Part shown: positions 25,886 through 38,654 of the stretch, piece by piece
How positions within the stretch are numbered: position 1 is the stretch's first letter
Layout: each line of letters starts with the position of its first letter
Assembly (NCBI GenBank): GCA_051362555.1
Contig: CM120647.1
Coordinates: 6,510,001-6,574,000 of the forward strand
From: Lingula anatina
Taxonomy: Eukaryota > Animalia > Brachiopoda
Reading direction: 5' to 3'
Length of the DNA: 64,000 nt
Translations under genes and position numbers: made by a program
The notes under the pieces: generated by a model
What the model was told of the DNA's origin: nothing
Seen by the model: the letters and a program-made list of their open reading frames with translations, nothing else
The model's database searches: none

Positions 25886-27465
25886 TATAAATGTGTCGTT
25901 AACCTAAGACCCAATATACTGGTTCCTAGCTGTAATTTAAGTCTGATATTTCAATTTCAATAAACCAGTGTGTCCATTTTGATACGTATAGGTTACACCG
26001 TGAAATATCATCAAAGATACCTTTAGTGACCTTTAGTGGAGGCAGCTACGGCATTTAGTTTTTAAACAGTTTCCACATATTTTGATACCTTTATACACAT
26101 CTACTGGTTCATCTACAATCCCTAACAGAAAACATAATACAAGCTAAAATACTTCAACCTCACCTCCTGATTTTTTAAAAATTCTCTTCAACAAACTGTA
26201 TCAATAACAGAAATCGTACAGATATACGAGTATACAATACAAAAATCATGTTACTGTGTACTTACAGTATCGGGCCGCTGAGCCGCCATACATACACAGT
26301 GTTAATATTTCAGCGTGGCTTCCTTTGCCCTCTAGACGAGAATGCAGAGTTGTGTGGACATTTGAGGACCGCCTTGATGTGTCACCAGGTTGACACGACA
26401 ACAAAGCTGCACGTGAGACAGTCACTGTGACTGCACGAAACAACGCCAGATGTGCGTTTTGTGTGCCATTTTTAAAAAAAAAAACCTTCGTCTTGTAGGG
26501 TCTAATTAAATTACTTTCTCTACTGGTATGCTTTATTAAACTGGACTATTAATCTTTATATCAACCGCGCGGCAGATTTAAGATTTTGAGAAAAAGGAAC
26601 TTTTTTTGTGAGTGGAGGGGGAGGGGTGGAGGGGTAATTTGGATTAATTTGTTATAATTTGAGGGGGGGGGGGGGCATTTGTCTTGGAAGTGGTGTTGGT
26701 GTTGGTGGTGTTGGTGGTGGTGGCTGGGGGGCTGGGGGGGGGGGGGTGAATCCGCCCGCGAACAAAGAACAATATTAGCAATACGAAAAGACAATCTACA
26801 CTGACTCGTAAGAAAGATTTGAAATGCCTACGCATCCAAACTAAATGAAATACTAGACAAATAATTCCCCAAAATATATTTATTGAATCTGTTTCTTAAG
26901 GTATAGAATGTTATATTACATAATGCTCAGTGAACCAATAAGAAAGGAGGTAAAACGCTTCTATTTGAAGGGATGTCACACGTACGCGTAAAATATATCA
27001 GTAAAATACACCACAGAATGAATACAGTATATTCATTGTTGTAAGAATCTTTCATGCTTTAAAACTTAAATGACAAATTATACATCAAATATAATTATCA
27101 TAACTTGTTTAGCAACAGGCACATGACGTCGATTCGATGTCAAAGTGACACTGTTTCGAAATTATGATGTCAGAATGATACTAAGTGACTGTCGGAAAAA
27201 TGTAAAACATTCCCAACCTAAGATATATAAATATATGTGCCCATTTGTAGCACTGAAGATTAAAGCTCATAGTAAAGAAAAGCAACATACGAAAGTCACA
27301 GAGAGAAAAAATTAGTTTCAACTCTACTGCAACGCATTGTCAACAATCAACCAGCCCTGAACAATTTACGTCAAAAGCACTCGGGTAATTTCGGCTGTTG
27401 CCGTCAATGTACGGCGTCACCCGAACCTAGCCGAGTGGCCGCGCCACGTCGAAACGACCTCAACC

Positions 27466-29113
27466 TCAGCAAGTACATCTATAGTTTATCTTCAGCGTGC
27501 CGGACAGCACCATGTCGCAAGGTCGCTTTATAACACAAGCGGACTTCCCGTTGCAAGATGTCTGGAGAAGTTTCGAGACAGAAGGAAGAGGTGAGCAGTA
27601 TTCGGAGATACCGAAGGTGGAACATGCGTTGACAATGTAGACGGAGCCGCCTTGGCAGTTGAGGTAGACGTTGGGTACGGTGTAGAGGTAGGAGTACATG
27701 GAGACGCCGTTCCCGGTGATGGAGGAGCATGCGGAGGTGGACACGTGGGTCGTTTCTGAAACAAAATAGAAGTAAAAAGATTATGAGGAGTTATTAGATG
27801 ATATTGCGCTATAATGGTATGTATATGTACATGTATATGTATTAATTGCAGATAGGTCGCAGAAACGTGACCTTTGTCAAAGCTTAATGGTCGAGCACAT
27901 CCACATTACGTTCACATTATGTTCAATAAGCATATGTGATTACACATATACATAAGGTACCTTCTACTCTTTCAAAATTATAACGAAGACTAAGCTGAGT
28001 GGAATTAGTAGAGAAACTAGCCAGAAAAATATATGTGAACATTTAGTGTAAAATACATCTCTCTATGGCCCTGGAAGAGGATAATGATAACCTACCTCGA
28101 CAGGGACGGACGCAGGGGCCGAGGTTGCATGCCGCTGTCTCCGTGTCTGAGCCAACGCAGGGCAGTAGAGGGTTGACGCACTGGCGACGTCTGCCCTGGA
28201 TGCCAGGGCCGCACGAGGCGGAACATCGACTCCACTGCCCCCATTCTCCCCAGCCAGTAGGAACTGAAATGATAGATTTTGGAGGAATTATTGAGCAGAT
28301 TATTGAGCATTGAAACCAAAGCGGTGCTCGTGCCTCCTTTCTACGACCACAGCGATGCCAGTTTCATGGTCGTACAAAGGACGCGAAAAGGACGCCGTCC
28401 AGTGTAAAAGGGGTTCTAATCGTTACTGAATAGAGTGAGCAATTTTGACTCGTCTTTAGTTAAAAACGACACGTTGAGTCTCTTTGGACAAAATTTACTA
28501 TTTTTCCGATATGAAATTATCAAAGAAACTCGATTGCGTTAAATGCAATTGTGTTATATGCGATAGGTGGCTCCACTGAAGATTCCAATGAATGTGCTAG
28601 CTAGTAGGAATGCATTACACTAAGTTGTTTTAACGTTATTATATAGCTTCAAAGATTTATTTATCTATGTATATACAAAATTTAATAATAATAATATAAT
28701 AATAATAATAAAACAAAGTGCCACTTCAGCATGAGAACCTTTTTTCTATTTTTTTTCGATACTAAAATGAAACTTTTCTCCATTTATATCAACTGTAGAC
28801 GTTTATACGGTACGTAATAATACTACTACTACTACTACTAATAATAATAATAATAATAACAATAATAATAATTCCTACCCAAGCAAGGAAACACATTGCA
28901 CGCCTGTGTCTCAACATTCGGGCCCTCACAAGGCAGACCTCCGTGTGCTGGTGCAGGCATGGCGCACTGTCGGGTACGAGACTGTACGCCGCCGCCACAG
29001 CTAGCAGAGCAGGACCCCCATCCACAACACCACGGGCCCCAGTTACCGTTTACTTTGAAAATAGAAAAAAAAAAAACGTATTATTGGATTGAGAGTATGA
29101 ATAAACTGAAAGC

Positions 29114-29150
<37 letters not shown>

Positions 29151-29819
29151 TATAGTAATAGTTTATTTTGTTCGAAAATTATGGGATCTAAACAAAGTGT
29201 CAGAGAGAGGTGCCTGAAATCGTATTCAACAAAATAAAATTATGGTGACTGTTCACAAGCTGATTTACCACTTTAAAATCATTTAAAGCCTCTACATGGA
29301 TCCCATAAGTGTTGCATTATGCAATTAATAAAAATATAACACCTGACAATCCATGTCACTTTTAAATCGAAAGCGAAAGTAAATTTAAACAGCACAAAAG
29401 TATATCTATACAGTACAAAAGTATATGACTATGCAGCTTCTAAATCGAAAGCGAAATTACTTAAAATACTACCTGGGCAAGGGTTCTCGTTACATGAAAG
29501 GATATCGACCTGTGGGCCTTGGCAGTCCTTGCCGCCGTTCTGGGGGCCAGGGGCATTACAGTGTCTGGCCCTCACTGTGGCGCCACCGCCGCAGCTCTTG
29601 GTACAGGCCGTCCAGCCATTCCATACGTTCCAGTTACCGTCGACGATTACTGTCAAGAAAATAAATAAATGAAAAAATAGATAAATAAATAAATAAAATT
29701 TAAAAAGCATGTATTTTGCACATACCAAATACATTTATAAATGGTTGACTTTGGTCTTAGCGCCTTCCTTCATTTCGTTTATACCAGATGCCAAATGAAT
29801 AAATAAATAAAAATAATAA

Positions 29820-29862
<43 letters not shown>

Positions 29863-32800
29863 ACATAGATCTGTAACATGCCAGATGTAGGTATAAATGC
29901 CTGGCTTTGTTCTTGGCGACATTCTTTAGTGCGTTTATTCCAGCTTCTAATTTCCATTGAAGTCTCCACAGCTGTCCGTCCCCCCCTTCCCCCCTCCCCC
30001 CACTGTTCAGCACAATGTCCATCTCCAATGAACAAAAAAAAAAAAAAAATGAAATGTGTATTTGTAAGTGTCATTATAATTTAACGTCAATCAAATCACC
30101 ACTGAATATCGTTTAAAATAAATATAACTTGTCAAATTCCTCTTTACCTAGACAAGCCTTATTCATGCAATCGGTATAATCTATGGCTGGTCCCTCGCAG
30201 GGTCGTCCACCGAAAGATGGCGCTGGTGCGTTACAAATTCTACCACGTGACTTCCTTCCAGGACCGCACTCGGCGTCACAACCAGTCCACGCTGCCCAAG
30301 CACCCCAGTTGCCGTCAATAGCACAGGGACCTGTGATAAAATGTGATGTAAATAAACTATCTCAAGATAAGAGGGAATATTGAATACTGAAGACCTTTGT
30401 GCTTCCAGGCTCTACCAATGACTCTTTTTTTCTTGCTTTTTCTCTACGCCCATCTGACAACACGGTGTGAGACGCCACCTAAATGTACATATATTGATTA
30501 TTTGGATGTTATATATTCCAGGGTTTATTTTTTAAGCAAATGTGCAGTTCATTGGAAAAAAAATTGGATATATTTGGGCACTCGAAAAAGACAAGTCCAA
30601 AGACGCATTGACGTACGCTTGAAACCTGGCCCCAGTTTCACAAGAAAATTTAAGTCAGTTCCCTGGCTTAGCTGACTAGGGTTTCCATAAGAGTGCTGTA
30701 ACACTGTGCCTGATAGGGTGAGATGTGGCCATGTGACCATGTAACCTTGGTAATTAAGTTCTTAGCCAGGGAACCCAATTTTTATGTTAACGTTGAAATT
30801 TAAATGCGTAGCACGCGATGCAAAATGTCGACAAATACGCCTAGGACTTCCCGTTGACGACAATTACGTTTCCCATGTGGAAATAATGGCGAGTTTTCCA
30901 ATATTATAACAGATTGGGGAACAATGCATATACATGAATCTCTAAATGTTTCCACCCGTGTATCTTATTGAAGCAAAGCTAGGGAAATTCAGTCAAAATA
31001 ACACAACATACTTAAAAAAGCTAAAAAAAGTCTATAAAATGGAAAAAAATCAGCACAAAACGAAACCCAACGCAAGGAAACTAAATCAAAAAAGTGACTT
31101 AAGAAAAGCATAAAATCTTGAATGAGATACAATTAAATCTAAGTTAATAAACGTATGTACTGGTTTCAAATTTCTCAAAACTTAAAAGTTGTATTATCAT
31201 AAGATGATAAGCAAATAGAATTTACTCACTGTACAAACATACAGGTATTAGTACAACAAACAAACAAACAAACAAACAAACAAACTGACTAACAGACAGA
31301 AAGACATACACACAAGAAGGACAAGGCCCACTCACCCAAATTGCAAGCACCGATTTCTAGGTCAGGCCCAGGGCAAGTGAGACCACCAAAAGCGGGGGCG
31401 GGAGAGTTACAAGCGCGCACGCGCCTCCGCTCTCCTGGTCCGCACTGCGCAGAGCACGCGCTCCAAGAGTTCCACTGTCCCCAGTTCCCGTTAATTGGAC
31501 AATTACCTGAGGATTATGAGGGATTAAATAGATTAATACGTAAAAGGTATGGCCCTGTAAGCAACCTCAAGTAGAGATCGTAAGCAATGAAATTTGAAAA
31601 AAGAAGAAAAAAAAGAAGATTATGGGACAAAGCAAAGAGAATAATACAGATGTGTATATACTTTTTAGCTATGGGATGAAAATAATAACTGAAGCACAAA
31701 GAGGTGAATGGGCATATTTTTACAAATTAACAGCTATCCCCAAAATTAGAATTAATTAAATAAGCAAACGTTTGATACAGATAAGGTATTTTGGTATTTT
31801 TTTTGGATTTGGATTAGGTATTTGACTAGATTAGGTATTGTTAGAAATGAGTAGTTTGTTAAGAAGATAGAGATTTGGTCAAATGGATTTTAGCATCGAA
31901 GTTCAAGTATCCAAACATACTGCAGTCATCGGTAAATTAACAAAAAGAGTCACTTTGTTCATGCACCCCATCTTAGAATCTAAAAAACCCCAGTGTCTTT
32001 GTTTCTCTGATGGATCTTACCTAGATTACAAACAAGCAGTTCTACACTAGGCCCCTGACAAGGAGCGCCGCCATATTGTGCTGGGGGAGAGTCACAAGTG
32101 CGCGTGCGCCGTTGCTCCCCAGTTCCACAAGAGGTGGAACACGTGCTGTATTCTGTCCAAGGACCCCAGTTACCATTCACGGGACAGAAACCTGTTAGAT
32201 ATATTAATAATTAGTCGGTTAGGTTTTTTATTATTGTAGTCGGGATTGTTGTACATATATTTTACCAGCTAATGATTTTATTGAAACGCAAGCAAAATTC
32301 TGACAATAATAAAAGCTGCATTTGCCTACAGCTACGCTTGCTTGCTCTTTTTAATTCATTTGATCTTTCGATTTTGTTTTGATTAAGCTTTTTTATTATG
32401 AATGGTTGTCTTGTGCGGCTTTGGGCGGTTAAATAATGTTTCGTAAACCGATAGAAATAGCTTTAGCTTTCTAGATTTCTTCTTAGCTGCATTAAAAATG
32501 CAAAATGCATACCAAAGAAAAGAAAAGCAAATGCATCTTTTGTGTAAAGCCTAAAGGAACAGATAATGAGATTTTGGTTTTTTATAGACATATTTTTAAT
32601 TTCGATAGCCTTTTCTTATATATATCCCCGAAGATTATTTTATTGCTACTGAACATTGCTACTGAACAATGCGACAAACTGTTCTGGATTTGTAAATTGC
32701 AAGGAAATTTGAGAAATATGTTATGTAACTCTCAGCTTTTGCTATATAAACAAATAATTAATGAGCAAACAAACAAACAAACAAACAAACAAACAAGCAA

Positions 32801-35680
32801 ACAAACAAACAAACAGACAGACAAACAAACAGTAACTAAACAAACACATAAAAAATAAAAATAAAAAAGATAAAGAGATAAGTAAAGCGGCTCTCTGTGT
32901 GATAAATTCGGATAATTTTGAAATTGTTTGTTTGGAACGCCTTATGCAAGTTAATTTATAGCATTCCTTAGACCACATTCTCAACGAATTGAGCCAGGCT
33001 TTACAAATCCTGAGAACTAAAAATGGCGGACGTACATGAAAGAAAAACCGCCTAATCTTTTAATAGTCTCTCCGCCTCTCACACGCCTCCCCACACGTCG
33101 TCCCTGCGGCCTTATGCAAGTTAATTTATAGCATTCCTTAGACCACATTCTCAACGAATTGAGCCAGGCTTTACAAATCCTGAGAACTAAAAATGGCGGA
33201 CGTACATGAAAGAAAAACCGTCTAATCTTTTAATAGTCTCTCCGCCTCTCACACGCCTCCCCACACGTCGTCCCTGCGGGGTACAGTAATTAAATCTCGG
33301 CTCCGAACATGAATATCTCCGTGAATATCTCTGGTGATATTATCTCCGTAGATAGTCGATTCATTGCTGCTCTACGGGCCAATTCATTCCTTTTTCGTCT
33401 CTGTTTTGAAAGATAATAGAACAGAAGAGCTTTTTTCCTTCGATCGCCTTCAGCTGCCATGCTTTCTTCACCACGAGTTTAACTGATGAGCATGCGCACT
33501 TAATATTTCTCAGGTAGCTTCCGCATGGCGAACGGAGCCGAGATTTAATTACTGTACCCCGCAGGGACGACGTGTGGGGAGGCGTGTGAGAGGCGGAGAG
33601 ACTATTAAAAGATTAGGCGGTTTTTCTTTCATGTACGTCCGCCATTTTTAGTTCTCAGGATTTGTAAAGCCTGGCTCAATTCGTTGAGAATGCGGCATTA
33701 GAGTTTTTATCCCAGAAGCTGTTCCTTTAGGACCAGGATGTAAAGGGCCGGATGTGAAGGGCCCGGTTGAGGGGATGCAGATTGGTCTATAAAATCACCT
33801 AGATTGCAAACGATGACTTCTCGGGCGGGTCCGGGGCAGCGGGCGCCTCCGTAGAGAGGGGCCGGGTTGTTACACAAGCGCGTGCGCCTTTGCTCGCCCG
33901 GGCCACATAATGTTGAGCAAAAAGAAAAGTCTGTCCACTCTCCCCAGTTACCATCGATAGCACAAGAACCTGTGTATAGTCAGATAGAAGATAGTTGCAT
34001 TAGTTAAAGAATATGAAACCTGTTAGTTATACGTTGATGTTTGTGTGTGTGTGTGTGTGTTTTGTCTTGTTTAGTAGTTTGGTAACCGAGCCAACTTAAA
34101 AGGGAACAACATACCACGTGTGAATCTTGGTGTGTAACTGTGTTAGGTATTTTATATGAAAACTTCTCAGTATTTGTGTACTGTTTGCTTTATCATTTTA
34201 AGAAGCACGTGTGGCTGTTGCGTAGATTTGATGTGTGTAGTGTAGATGAGGCATGGTGTCATTAAGTGTGTAATGTACTTGGTAATAATGGTATGAGGTT
34301 AGTAAAATCCAGAGCCAAATAGGCAAGAAGGAGAACCCCTGTCCAACACCATACCCTTGCCCCAGTCTTTTCTTACTCAATGGCCTAGATAAATCTGGGT
34401 CAACCAATGACCTTGATAAATCTAGGCCACCCAATGACCTTGACAAATCTAGGTCACCCAATGGCCAAGAAAGATCAAGGTCATTGTCCTATCCGAGAAG
34501 ATGTTGTGGCCACTTTTGTGAAAATGTTTCCACTCTCAAGGGCACTCCATACCACTTGAATCGGTGCAGATGCGTTAATATCCATTTATACGACGGAATT
34601 GACAACCCTGCAGAAGCTGTTTCAAAAATTGCAGGTGCAGCAATTTTTTGCCCTAAAATGTACATGTATGATTACGAAACATGAAGTGGACATGGAGGGA
34701 GTTTCTGTCCAGATATGTACATGGAGGGCCTATTTGGCTCTAGAAATACAACACTGCATAAAGCTATAGATTTAACAGGACACGAAATGTTTCATTGCCA
34801 TAGAAACTGAGCATCTGGCCTTATTGATCAGAAAAATCAACAGCGGTGGACTGAATTTTTGTGCGGAATTTCTTCTGATTCAAACCAGTTGAAAAAAACA
34901 TAAGGAGGTGACTTGATAAGCCCAATCGATGAAAGATTAAATAAAAAAACTTAACTGATCAACAAAGCGTTTACAGTATTGTTTCAACTATTGCCGTTAC
35001 TTTTATATATCAAAGATCCCAATGTCTAAATCGGAAGTAAGGCGTTGCAATTCTTCGATCAATCACTCGCCGCTGTTGGTAAATTTAGATTTTTGAGACA
35101 GTTGAAGAGCCAACACTTTGTACGATACAAATCTGCATTCTCATTCCTGCAATCTATGGCAATGTGCAGTGCCGCATGTCAAAATAATTGTCAACATAAA
35201 TGCATCACCCAAGCTGCAAGAGGTCACTTCCGCACTAAATCCCGGGCAGTCAGCACCGCCGAAAGCAGGGGGTGGAGAATCGCAAGCGCGCGTGCGTCGT
35301 TGTTCGCCGGGGCCACAAGTTCTTGAGCAGGCCCCGAACTCCGTCCATTGGCCCCAGTTGCCATTTACAGCACAATTACCTGAGAGAATTAAGATAGTCG
35401 GACTGTTCAGATAAGAAAGATTTTAGACGGAAATCGGGGAAACTGGCGTAAGCCGAAAAATGGCTCATCAACAGACCCCATTGCAATTTCCAGTCGAAAA
35501 CAGTTCTCGTCTGATTTGACCTTGCCTTCCCGTTAATTTTCCATAAAACAGTTAAGGCCAGAAAATTAACCCTGAGAGGAAGAAGAAAGAGGAAATATAC
35601 CAGTAATATCCAGGAAATGAGAACCCAATTAAAGCTTATCAGAGATCACCATTTCAGAATCCCTCTCCTCTCTCTCTCTC

Positions 35681-35747
<67 letters not shown>

Positions 35748-36168
35748 GCCCACAAACGAGCGCTCGCATATCTTTCCAACTCCTACTCGTACTCATGCAT
35801 ATGCTTATTCAAAAACCCCATTTGCAGTAATATATGGAGGGCAAACTTCCGCTCCGGAATTCGTGCCCTACTAACCAAGATTACAGGCGATCGATTCAGC
35901 GGAGGGTCCAGGACAGGTGAGTCCCCCAAACAGAGGAGCAGGTGAATCACAAGCGCGCGTGCGTGTCTGCTCGCCAGGGCCACAAGGCGCTGAGCATGCG
36001 CTGAATTCGGTCCATTGACCCCAGTTACCGTTGATGGAGCAGGCGCCTGATGGATAGAAAGCGAGAGTAAACAATGAAACAGCGAAATGCATACAGCCTC
36101 TCTCTAACTCTTGCGCTCGCTTGTTTTCCTTCTTCTTCTTATTCTCTTCCTCTCTTTCTCTCTCTCTG

Positions 36169-36208
<40 letters not shown>

Positions 36209-36693
36209 CTCCAACTTGTCTCCAACACCCTCAAGCTCTTACATTTTTATTCATCTCCCCACACAAATTCGAGTACATACATGTAAGTTCAAACACACGC
36301 ATGAGCGCATCATTTTTCCCATGTCTCTCGTATATTTTTATTTATACATGCAGGCCCAATTTGCACAAATATACCGAGGACTAACTTTCGCTCTAAAATT
36401 ATGCCTTACAAGGCTGTACATGTACTAACCGAGATTACAAGAGATCGATTCAGTGGAGGGTCCGGGACATGTGAGTCCCCCAAATGCAGGTGCAGGAGAA
36501 TCACAAGCGCGCGTGCGTGTCTGCTCGCCAGGGCCACAGGGCGCTGAGCATGCGCTGTAATCGGTCCACTGGCCCCAGTTCCCGTTGATGGAGCAGGCGC
36601 CTGATAAAAAGGAAACCAATTAAGCTATGAAAATGCGAAATGCACACAGCCTTCCTTTCTCTCTCTTTCTTTTACACACACACGCACACACAC

Positions 36694-36732
<39 letters not shown>

Positions 36733-38166
36733 AACGCAAACTCTCCAACACCAATAATACTATATTTTAATTTGTACTCCCCTCTTTGAATATCGTACAT
36801 GCGAACACACAAACACACGAGTGTATGCGCACATCTTCTCAACCCGTTATCAAGCGTTAACAATATTTTTAGGCCCTGTTTGCAACAAAACTAGAGCAAT
36901 CTTCCGCTTCGGAAGTCAAGACCTACTAACCAAGATTACATGAGATCGATTCGGTGGAGGGTCCAGGACATGTGAGCCCCCCAAATGCTGGAGCAGGAGA
37001 GTCACAAGCGCGCGTGCGTGTCTGCTCGCCGGGGCCACAGGGCGCAGAGCAGGTGCTGAATTCAGTCCATTGACCCCAGTTACCGTTTATGGAGCAGGCG
37101 CCTGATGGATAGAAAGCGAAAGTTAATAACGCAACTGTGAAAAAGCACCTAAGCAGTAGAGAAGTCTGCTATAGAATCAATAGACCTTAAGAGTATAAAA
37201 CATTCAGTGTGCCTAGTCCGAAACTTTGATCGAAACTTTTGTAACAATTCACACGATACAGCGAACATAAAAAACATGTTCAAAATATATTCTCGAGCTT
37301 ACCATTTTGACTGGATAAATAAAATAGTGCATTGTGAGTTAGTGCAATTTTAAGCCCAATTCCCAGAGAGAAATTATATTCCCCTGCACGTTTGCATCGG
37401 TATACAAAATTTGCTTTTGGTCTGGAGGCCACAACCTTTTAAAGAGCAATTCTAAAGACCGGTTTCGGCCCTGACTTTGTAGCCACCTATACGTTTTGAT
37501 TGAAGGCAAATCCAGTCGGGTCCACCTTGCAACCCATAGCCCAGCCGAACTGTGGCTCATTTTAGTGACTAAATTGGCCCCGTATGGTTCCCTGGGCAGT
37601 CTAGCTGTCGTGGATGTATACTGTGCAGTGTTAGCCAGTTGACGACATGAACTTATAGTCTTGCTGACGTGCATTGGTCAACACTAGCATTTAAAACGAA
37701 GAAACAAGGACAACTGCAGCAAAGCAAAACTAAAAAGAAACTAGTCTTCTTATCTTAACCAGCAAACTGCAAGGGCGGTGTTGTACTTACCTAGATTACA
37801 AACAGTCTCTTCGTAATTTGGGCCAACACAGGGCCGTCCTCCAAAAGCTGGCGCTGGCGAGTCACATGACCGACCACGTGTTTGAATACCGGGTCCGCAC
37901 GGAGCAGAGCAGGGAGTCCACACACTCCAGGCGCCATATCCACCATCCACGGGACAGCTTCCCACGGTGCAAGATGTCGTATCGACGTTTGATCCGGGAC
38001 ACGAGGCGCCTCCGGGGGAAGGTGGAGGGTTGTTGCATTCTCGGAAACGGTTCTGTTCGCCAAGGCCGCATGTGGCGCTGCAGAGGGTCCAAGCGCCCCA
38101 ACCTCCCCAGTTGCCATCAGTGATACAGGGAGCGATGAAACAGTCGCGGCCTTCATTCGCCGGACC

Positions 38167-38209
<43 letters not shown>

Positions 38210-38622
38210 TAATTAAGAGTACGTGTAGTTTGTAACTGCGCTTTAGGCGTGATTTACTTGCACTGACGATCAATATATGTCACGTTAATTATATGTATAT
38301 AAAGCCAAAACCAAATTTTGGATTAAGTCGATTTATGTGACGTATATACATGCATGTACGCTATAATCACTTACAGTTTAGACTACATATACTCGTGAAA
38401 TGAGAAAAGCAATATTAGGGTGAGAAGTTTTATTGACACTCATTTTTAATAAAAACAATTAAGTTTATCACTGTATTATATCTCGAAAGGTACTAGTACA
38501 TTGTCATAAATGCCTTTTTACAGGGGTAGAAAATACAAAAATATTGCAATAAATATACGTTGAAACATTTAACATAAAAGGTAAAACCATTCAACGTTGC
38601 TGAATAATATCTAAACATTAAT

Positions 38623-38654
<32 letters not shown>

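Noticed and set aside
35876-37101. Regularly spaced near-identical repeats that could be mistaken for a CRISPR-like array
   Set aside because: They are 171-nt spliced TSP1 exons with GT-AG boundaries in a eukaryotic gene; no cas genes or short repeat-spacer structure.
37339-37674. 111-aa intronic ORF containing LYTDA, reminiscent of a DIRS RNase H motif
   Set aside because: Only a 5-residue resemblance, with no RT or other RNase H motifs nearby; more likely the interior of a non-coding repeat.
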